IMG/VR virus record: IMGVR_UViG_3300037155_000029
Coordinates: 1 to 51,789 of that record
DNA length: 51,789 nucleotides
Strand: one strand, 5' to 3'
Source: a virus
Taxonomy: Duplodnaviria > Caudoviricetes
A program made the translations under genes and the position numbers. Shown one piece after another: positions 45,242 to 51,789 of this stretch (the stretch's first letter is position 1; each line of letters begins with the position of its first letter). The notes below the pieces were generated by a model that was not told the origin of the DNA, searched no databases, and saw nothing but the letters and a program-made list of their open reading frames with translations.

Positions 45242-45826
45242 TTATTTCACAAACGTAATATCTGTAATTGAAGTTTTACCGCATTCAGAATTTAACTTGT
45301 ATTCAGCTTTATGAGTCACCCAAAGAATCCATAAAAACCTTCTTTGCTTAGTCACAATTAACGAAGCTGAGTTATTTGCTGATCGCTCTAAGATGTCTAA
45401 CCGTGACAAACTGTCACGCGATAAGATCGCGCCACGCATAGACCAACATAGAGAGGAAAAAGACACCGGAATTTTAAAGCTATTGTCTGGTTGTTTGATA
45501 ACGTCCCGATATACGACCTTAACGCTTCCGGTGTCCTTAAATACGGTATTAATGATGGTAACCTTTTCAACATTGCGTGGCTTTAAGTTTGAAGCCTTAA
45601 AAAGACTGTCAATAATTGATTTATCTTTGAATTGAAGGTTTTTATATTCGCCTACTTTTAAATTCAAAATTTGAACCGAATCCCGGATAGTTTGAACATT
45701 TCCGGCTTGCCTGTTGTTATCTTCTTTTAGGCTGTGTGAACGGCTAATGAAATAAATCAGAAGTCCGATAATTAAAACGGAAACGATCCATTTCCAGTTT
45801 TTTAAAATAAAATTGATTGCTATCAT
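45242..45826 (-). CDS. Spanin-like protein
   Basis: N-terminal TM helix, coiled coil and 'RRFLWILW' near the C-terminus; last gene of the lysis module. Confidence 0.55.
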   Translation of the reverse strand: MIAINFILKNWKWIVSVLIIGLLIYFISRSHSLKEDNNRQAGNVQTIRDSVQILNLKVGEYKNLQFKDKSIIDSLFKASNLKPRNVEKVTIINTVFKDTGSVKVVYRDVIKQPDNSFKIPVSFSSLCWSMRGAILSRDSLSRLDILERSANNSASLIVTKQRRFLWILWVTHKAEYKLNSECGKTSITDITFVK

Positions 45827-46464
45827 TTGAATTTGAATTTTAAACCTGTTAATTTTTCCAGGTCGAATATTCCGATTTCCTTTCGTATATTAATGATATT
45901 ATTACCTGAATTTTCAAAGATATAGCAGTGTACCAGATTGAGTTTTTTGATATAAACCACCTTCCAACATTGGGTTGGAACACTTACTTTTCCAATTTTC
46001 TTAAACTCGCCGATTGAACCACAATAAATACGAATTGAGTCATAAGTTAAGGCTAATTTTTTACATTCTGATTCAAGCGTTTTCCAAGTCCCCGCATTAA
46101 GTCCATGATACTGAGGTGTCATATTTGAAAAGTAAAACGATTCTGATTCGATTTTTGCACCTTCACACATTGCGTAATCACAGGGAAAATTATGACCTTT
46201 GTCAAACCCTGACTTTTCGTAATCTTTGGTTAATCCTGTCTCTAAAGGTAGGAATGGATCGGATTTAAAATCATTCACACGGGGAACCGGATTAACACAG
46301 TTTACCATTGATTTTGTCAGCCACCACGTAACCTCGATAGGATAATGTTTTACGGTATCGAAATAGCTTGTGTAATTGGAATGAACCAATTTAATAGCAT
46401 TCGGCTGACAAAACGAGATTAGGCAAGCTAAAAGTAACGCGAAAGTTAAAAATGTTTTTTTCAT
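45823..46464 (-). CDS. Secreted DNA/RNA non-specific endonuclease (NucA/EndA family)
   Basis: 'GFDKGH...NMTPQ...N.G.WKTLE...VPTQCWKV'; signal peptide MKKTFLTFALLLACLISFC-Q; TAACTTTG promoter at 46486-46493. Confidence 0.88.
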   Translation of the reverse strand: MKKTFLTFALLLACLISFCQPNAIKLVHSNYTSYFDTVKHYPIEVTWWLTKSMVNCVNPVPRVNDFKSDPFLPLETGLTKDYEKSGFDKGHNFPCDYAMCEGAKIESESFYFSNMTPQYHGLNAGTWKTLESECKKLALTYDSIRIYCGSIGEFKKIGKVSVPTQCWKVVYIKKLNLVHCYIFENSGNNIINIRKEIGIFDLEKLTGLKFKFK

Positions 46465-46499
46465 GTTGTAGTTTTTAAATTTATGCAAAGTTAAAAAAT

Positions 46500-47033
46500 T
46501 TACACAATATATTTTTGAATCATTTTTGCTATCGTGGTTAAAGTATCAGCATAGTTTGGATCGGTTGCATAACCCGCTTTGGCGATTTCCTGAATGAATT
46601 TGAACGGATCAGATTTAACGGCCAACGCTGCGGCATAACGCGGATTTTTAAAAAAGAATTGAGCATGATCGGTGAAGCAGTCAGCGGGTGTAGCATATTT
46701 CCTAAACCAATCCTTAACCCGATATTTGAACATGTTTTTTCCATTTCGAACGCATGTCTCAATTGAAATTACAACCGGATATACATCGTTGTTTCGGGGA
46801 CTATATTCAGTTGTGGTTAATAGTTGCCTATTTGCGTCAATTCCTGAAGTGTCTTTGACTCCGAAAAACATCCATCCCGGAGATGACTGATTCCAACCCG
46901 ATTCAAGTGCTGCCTGTGCTAATGTTGCGAGTGCGGCAATTCCTGTTGTGGCTTCTGAATCTTTCGCAAATGGTAAAAATTCAGTACAAAAATCCTTTGG
47001 AGATAGCTTTGTGCTTTGTTTTAACTCGTTCAT
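46500..47033 (-). CDS. Endolysin, GH73 glucosaminidase (FlgJ-like)
   Basis: 'LAQAALESGW...FFGVK...FRKY...GYATDPNYA'. Confidence 0.92.
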   Translation of the reverse strand: MNELKQSTKLSPKDFCTEFLPFAKDSEATTGIAALATLAQAALESGWNQSSPGWMFFGVKDTSGIDANRQLLTTTEYSPRNNDVYPVVISIETCVRNGKNMFKYRVKDWFRKYATPADCFTDHAQFFFKNPRYAAALAVKSDPFKFIQEIAKAGYATDPNYADTLTTIAKMIQKYIV

Positions 47034-47485
47034 TTGTTCATTGATTTAATACCTTCCTGATAATTCTTTTCGTATTGTTTTAATACCGCTCCGTCCCTAA
47101 ACTTTGGATTCTTACCTTCACGGATCGCATTTTCCAATGTCGCAGGATCGGTTATAACCGTGTTGTCTTTTGGTTTAATGAGTGTTTCATAAGCAGTTGT
47201 CAATCCGGCTGCGGTAACAATCATAAATCCAAGCAATCCCATAAGAACTAATTGCCAATATTTTGTAGCGATAATGATCGTGCGGCAAATGGGCGTGTTT
47301 GGACATTCTTCATAGTGTTTGCCCTGTGTTTCCCATATTTCGCCAACCGTATCACTTAAATCATTTAATTTTTTTTCAAATTTTGTTTCAAATCCATCAA
47401 CTTGCTTTTCGATTCTTTCAAGCCCGGATTTGACAAGCTCCATGATTGGTATTGAAACCATTGGTTGTTCGTTATGTTCGTCCAT
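47030..47485 (-). CDS. Membrane protein of lysis module
   Basis: Coiled coil followed by a single TM helix. Confidence 0.55.
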   Translation of the reverse strand: MDEHNEQPMVSIPIMELVKSGLERIEKQVDGFETKFEKKLNDLSDTVGEIWETQGKHYEECPNTPICRTIIIATKYWQLVLMGLLGFMIVTAAGLTTAYETLIKPKDNTVITDPATLENAIREGKNPKFRDGAVLKQYEKNYQEGIKSMNK

Positions 47486-47852
47486 TTCGGTTTTTTTTAA
47501 GGATGATAATTAGGAAAAAGTAATAACAAAAAAGTGAAAATATTGTACTAAAAAGCATTAACCGGATGTAAACTATATTATTGAATAATAGCCAATTGAT
47601 CTGCAAAAACACCAAAACAGAAACTAACGCAAGGTTATAAATCAAAAGCTGATGAAAAAAACAGAACCCTAAATATTTTGAAAGCATCCACCAACCCAGA
47701 CAGGTAAATAAAGCCGCTGAAAAGTTTGGCGAAATAAGGTTGATTAATTTAGGGTTTAAAAAGGTGCAAAGAAGTCCTATCATCACTGCAATATTAGTGA
47801 TAACAGGACTTGTTTTTACAATCCAAACAACCGATGACCGGCTTATTTTCAC
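47472..47852 (-). CDS. Multi-pass membrane protein (holin/antiholin candidate)
   Basis: About four hydrophobic segments and a basic C-terminus. Confidence 0.55.
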   Translation of the reverse strand: MKISRSSVVWIVKTSPVITNIAVMIGLLCTFLNPKLINLISPNFSAALFTCLGWWMLSKYLGFCFFHQLLIYNLALVSVLVFLQINWLLFNNIVYIRLMLFSTIFSLFCYYFFLIIILKKNRNGRT

Positions 47853-48106
47853 GGCACGATTGGAGGTATTGGACTGGGAGGAACGTCTCCAACTGTTTGT
47901 TGTCCGGTTGATGGATCAATAACCTTTGTTGAACCATTTGGGTTCTTACCCTGCAAATAACCTACGATTGCAATTGATAAAACTGCTGCACCATCCAAAA
48001 TATTGGCTATTGTTGCGGGTAATACAACGCCGTTTAATTTTACTCCTGCGGCAACGGCAATAATGAATCCGCAAATTGTTGAAAGCGTGTCTTTTAAATT
48101 TTTCAT
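47849..48106 (-). CDS. Holin candidate
   Basis: 85 aa with two TM helices. Confidence 0.55.
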   Translation of the reverse strand: MKNLKDTLSTICGFIIAVAAGVKLNGVVLPATIANILDGAAVLSIAIVGYLQGKNPNGSTKVIDPSTGQQTVGDVPPSPIPPIVP

Positions 48107-48150
48107 TTGTGTAAATATTAAGGGTTAAAATTGTATTTATATCTACTAAT

Positions 48151-48663
48151 TTAACAATAATAAAAATGTAATATTCCTGAAACAATATACATTCCATAAG
48201 CCGTCCCAGAGATGAAGACTATGTAGTACCCATCGGGAGCTAATGTACAATCTGTATCCCCATTAACTCTTGAATAAACAGTAGCCCCCTCTGTAAATAA
48301 ACTCATTGTAGAAATACCTGTAAGTGAGGTAGCTGTTGCAATTGCATTACAGATATTTCCAGCCGTCAGCGTGTATGCCGTCGGGGTCACGACGTTGTTA
48401 TAAATTCCCAACGTGGTCAATCCTCCGGGTCTTGTGCAAACTGCTTGGTAATTCCTAAAATTCAGCAAATTTGTCTTACTCCCAACATAAGCAGGATCAA
48501 AAGTTCCTGTTGCATCCGCAAAGGCAGAAGTCAAATTACGTCCGCTTGCCGAATCACCATAGACGGCCATTGTAACCTGACTGAATCGAAATGTTGTGGT
48601 ATTGGGAATGTCTGGACAAAAGGCAAATAGGCCAATAACTAATATAAGTAAGTATTTTTTCAT
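48151..48663 (-). CDS. Putative fibre-tip adhesin with signal-like N-terminus
   Basis: Coupled to the S74 fibre; 'LLNFRNY' N-domain; MKKYLLILVIGLFAFC leader. Confidence 0.5.
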   Translation of the reverse strand: MKKYLLILVIGLFAFCPDIPNTTTFRFSQVTMAVYGDSASGRNLTSAFADATGTFDPAYVGSKTNLLNFRNYQAVCTRPGGLTTLGIYNNVVTPTAYTLTAGNICNAIATATSLTGISTMSLFTEGATVYSRVNGDTDCTLAPDGYYIVFISGTAYGMYIVSGILHFYYC

Positions 48664-51600
48664 TGTATAATCATTTGTTTTGAAGCGTTAATATGTTTAC
48701 GATTCTTTTTATCTTGCTTTTCGAGTGATTCAACTCTTTCTGTTAAATCTTTTATTTTTGCATCCATTTGGGCTATTTTAGTACAAAGCAAATCTATATA
48801 AAGCACACTCTTCATTCCTTTTTCATCGGTATTAACAAATTCAGGAGTAATTTCTTCAACCTCCTGAGCTATGACACCTGCTCTTTTTTGGTGTGTAGAA
48901 TCATTTTTGAGTTCAAAGTTTACAAACTTAATTTTATCTAATCCTGAAACGTTAATTGGCATAATGTTTTTCTTTAATCGACGATCAGACGAAAGGATGA
49001 AGTTTGATGCCGTTAATGTTGATGTCAGAACTCCTGCACCGTTCCCATTTATTGTCATGCCAGTTGTGGTATTTCCAACCCAAAATCCTAATTTATTTGA
49101 TGTTGCAGTTGCAGAAGGTGAATAAGTAATATAGGCATCAGAAAGTGAATTATCAGAAAGCGTAATCTTTGTTATATAACTATTTCCGTTGTTGTGAAAC
49201 CTTGCAACGGATGGAACAGATGCTAAATTTCCAGCATTTACAATACCGCCTCCAATTTGCTCACTCCCACCTGTATAACCACCAGTTGCCACGCTTCTTA
49301 ATTGACCGTTAATCAGTGCAGATGCTGTTTGTAGTCCTGTATTTTGATTTTGTATGTAGTCGCCAGAATTTGCCTTTGCCTGATATATACTATCAGCATA
49401 ACCTTTTGTAATTTTTGTTAACGTTCCAAAACGGCTATTAAGATTGTGACTATAATTATCTATCGAATCGGTAGTTAGCGCCCCATTTTGACCCAAAATC
49501 ATCCCTTTACCATTGCCTGTAAAAAACCACTTAAAACGGCCTACAACTGAGCTATTATAAAACTCAAGGGAGCCTGGATTTGAGTGGGTTGACGAATTAA
49601 GCGTTATCCCTGCATTTGAATTATCGCTTACAAATTCAAAACGACTTCTTGCCAGTGATCCTGCATTGCGATTTCTGAACGTCATCATTACATCACCATT
49701 ATAATTTCCATGCACCTCTAATTTCGATCTAACCCCATTAAAAACCGCCGTATCCCCGATCACCACATTTGTCGTATCGGTGTTTAAGCTTCCGAATTGA
49801 TACAACCCGTTTTTAAGATTAAATTTTACAGCTGATCCCATTTGTGTATTGTAAAATGGTTGTTTCCACCACGTTGCAACTGAGTCTAATTGAGCTAATC
49901 TAAAACCTGTTGATGTATGCCCGGCCATACTCCCATGAGCTGTAAATACAATAGACCGAAGTGGCAAAGATTGTCCGGCAGAACCGTATGACTGTGCATC
50001 TATTGTTAACCTATTAGATGTGACATTACTCGTGCCAATTAGGTAAGTTTGTCTATTATGATCATCCCTACCCTGAATGAAGTTGTTGCCTAATGGATTA
50101 TTATTCCGTAAAACAATCATATCTGAGTTATGACCCGTCATTGCCTGTCCCGCCTTTGATTCGATCAGTAATGCGCCGTCTGCATCATAATCAGTAAGTA
50201 GTGACATTTTTGCATAATTTCCAGCATTTAAAAGTTGAATTGCAGTAGGAGAAGTTATCGTATCACCCGCCGTTACGGGTTGAATAGTTCCGGCTGTTCG
50301 TTTCCAAACCGAATCCTGTAATGCAGATGATTTAATTCCTAAGTTCGTTCTCACTCCTGCTGCTGTCGTTGCTCCTGTACCACCGTACGAAACCGCAAGA
50401 GTACTGTCCATATTTGCCGAACCATCAATATAATGACCATAAATCTTACGTGGGGTTGTCCACTTGGCAGAGCTTCCGGTAATGTTGCCATCCGTGTATA
50501 CTAATGTCTTAATAGTAGCAACTGAACTAATATAAGGCGTAACCGTAAATGTTGAATTAGTTGTAGTTCCTACGTGGTTAATTGACCCTCCTTCGGCAAC
50601 TGAGAGTTGAGTTCCTACATCTAATTTAAGTTGTGATCCTCCGGCTGTGGCAACTGGGGCTGCGATGTTAAGATATGATGTTGCAGTAGTTTTTCTAATA
50701 CTAACATTGCCACCACTTGGATTTAACAATAAGTTGCGGTATGCCGTTGCCTGTTTAACTGCTTGTATCCAACTGTAATCGCCATTATGTATGCCGAATA
50801 CTAATTTTTCATCTGTCAGTGCACCGGTTCCTGTAGAAAGTTCAAAATGTGAACTTCTATCGGTTGCTACTTGCGACACGCCAACTACTTCCAGTTTTGA
50901 TAAAAAAGTTTTTTGTCCTGTGATAGACTGAGTTCCGGCTTTATGAACATTTAAAGTGTCTAATCCTGCCGCCGCCAAGTTTACAGAAAGATTATCTAGC
51001 TGAATTGTATCGGTCGGCGTTATATATTGACGATTTCCGGTCGGCGTTATATCGTAAGTAGTCGCATCTGCACCGGAGGTAACTAATCCTTTTACATCAT
51101 AAGTGATTTTAGTTTTGGTTGCTCCTGGGATTGCGGAATTTGAATTAACTTTTCCAGACAGCAATGTATTTTCCTGTGTTTTTGTGTATCTCGCAAGCAA
51201 AGAATCAGAAAGTGCAGTAATCGTGCTTTGCGCCTGATTATGTGATGTGTTTGCCTTGCCGTTGATTCGATTTGAAAGAGTTATTGTATCTCCTTTTTGC
51301 ATCGCGGTCAAAATTGAATCTCTTTCGGTTGTGCGAATCAATCCCTGTCCGGTAACTTTGTCAACCTTTAATGAACCCTTGTAATTTGAGAACCAACCGG
51401 ACATTAAAACGGTGTCGACTTTTAATTTATAGGCACCTGAATTTAACCGGCCTAAGCTATCAATCAATTGCCTCGCTTTTCGGTTGCTGATTAGTTTTGT
51501 ATAACCATACTTTACGCCCTTGTGGATATATACAGAGCTGTCTCGCGTATAAAAGCTGAATGAATAAGTCGGCAAAGCGTGTTTAGCCGTGTCGGAGGGT

Positions 51601-51668
51601 AGCGGGTCTTGTCCTTTGACAAATATTGTCAAGACTAAAAATGTCAATATTAAAATAGTTCTTTTCAT
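48660..51668 (-). CDS. Tail fibre with C-terminal intramolecular chaperone (peptidase S74)
   Basis: 'SSDRRLKKNI...GVIAQEVEE..PEFV' plus terminal coiled coil; fibre motifs 'TKITYDVKGLVTSG'; signal-like N-terminus. Confidence 0.88.
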   Translation of the reverse strand: MKRTILILTFLVLTIFVKGQDPLPSDTAKHALPTYSFSFYTRDSSVYIHKGVKYGYTKLISNRKARQLIDSLGRLNSGAYKLKVDTVLMSGWFSNYKGSLKVDKVTGQGLIRTTERDSILTAMQKGDTITLSNRINGKANTSHNQAQSTITALSDSLLARYTKTQENTLLSGKVNSNSAIPGATKTKITYDVKGLVTSGADATTYDITPTGNRQYITPTDTIQLDNLSVNLAAAGLDTLNVHKAGTQSITGQKTFLSKLEVVGVSQVATDRSSHFELSTGTGALTDEKLVFGIHNGDYSWIQAVKQATAYRNLLLNPSGGNVSIRKTTATSYLNIAAPVATAGGSQLKLDVGTQLSVAEGGSINHVGTTTNSTFTVTPYISSVATIKTLVYTDGNITGSSAKWTTPRKIYGHYIDGSANMDSTLAVSYGGTGATTAAGVRTNLGIKSSALQDSVWKRTAGTIQPVTAGDTITSPTAIQLLNAGNYAKMSLLTDYDADGALLIESKAGQAMTGHNSDMIVLRNNNPLGNNFIQGRDDHNRQTYLIGTSNVTSNRLTIDAQSYGSAGQSLPLRSIVFTAHGSMAGHTSTGFRLAQLDSVATWWKQPFYNTQMGSAVKFNLKNGLYQFGSLNTDTTNVVIGDTAVFNGVRSKLEVHGNYNGDVMMTFRNRNAGSLARSRFEFVSDNSNAGITLNSSTHSNPGSLEFYNSSVVGRFKWFFTGNGKGMILGQNGALTTDSIDNYSHNLNSRFGTLTKITKGYADSIYQAKANSGDYIQNQNTGLQTASALINGQLRSVATGGYTGGSEQIGGGIVNAGNLASVPSVARFHNNGNSYITKITLSDNSLSDAYITYSPSATATSNKLGFWVGNTTTGMTINGNGAGVLTSTLTASNFILSSDRRLKKNIMPINVSGLDKIKFVNFELKNDSTHQKRAGVIAQEVEEITPEFVNTDEKGMKSVLYIDLLCTKIAQMDAKIKDLTERVESLEKQDKKNRKHINASKQMIIQ

Positions 51669-51789
51669 TAGCTTTTGCTTATTATAAGGTAACCACTTGA
51701 CGGATTGCCCGTCATATCAAAATGAATTGTATCTAAAAGACCGTCAATAAATGTGAATAATGGCATCTGTTGAAGTTGGTAACTATTAT
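51663..51789. repeat. Terminal direct repeat, copy 2
   Basis: Identical to 1-127. Confidence 0.95.

Noticed and set aside
48151-51668. Diversity-generating retroelement or invertible fibre system
   Set aside because: I saw no reverse transcriptase, invertase or template/variable repeat pair.
51663-51789. 127-bp repeat as a biological terminal repeat or att site
   Set aside because: It cuts through a coding region and its length matches a common assembler k-mer overlap.
1-51789. Stop-codon reassignment
   Set aside because: Core genes are intact under the standard code and TAA, TAG and TGA all serve as stops.

Overview
The window is a complete, circularly assembled tailed-phage genome: the first 127 nt repeat at 51663-51789, giving a 51,662-bp circle. 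TAnnTTTG promoters and Gln-after-signal-peptide proteins point to a Bacteroidota host. The minus strand carries a myovirus virion module (terminase, Mu-like portal/MuF/gpG, ClpP-type protease, capsid, sheath, tube, frameshifted chaperone, tape measure, baseplate, S74-chaperoned fibre) and a lysis module. The plus strand (27.3-45.1 kb) carries early, replication and recombination genes. I could not recognise an integrase or transposase. Two systems stand out. (1) Two arrays of integron-like gene cassettes (28.6-30.3 kb and 42.7-45.1 kb) with eight attC-like hairpins; the ORFs are antisense to the classical cassette orientation, several start inside their own attC loop, and no integron integrase is present. 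(2) A circularly permuted, very small two-piece tmRNA (tag GKSLEMKMAA) preceded by a tRNA-like element lacking an anticodon arm. Also notable are a MuF protein with a GNAT-like C-terminal domain, virion proteins with signal peptides, a repeated TGTT-N4-AACA operator, and two colinear 170-bp intergenic elements. All protein assignments come from motif recognition and gene context; no database searches were run.
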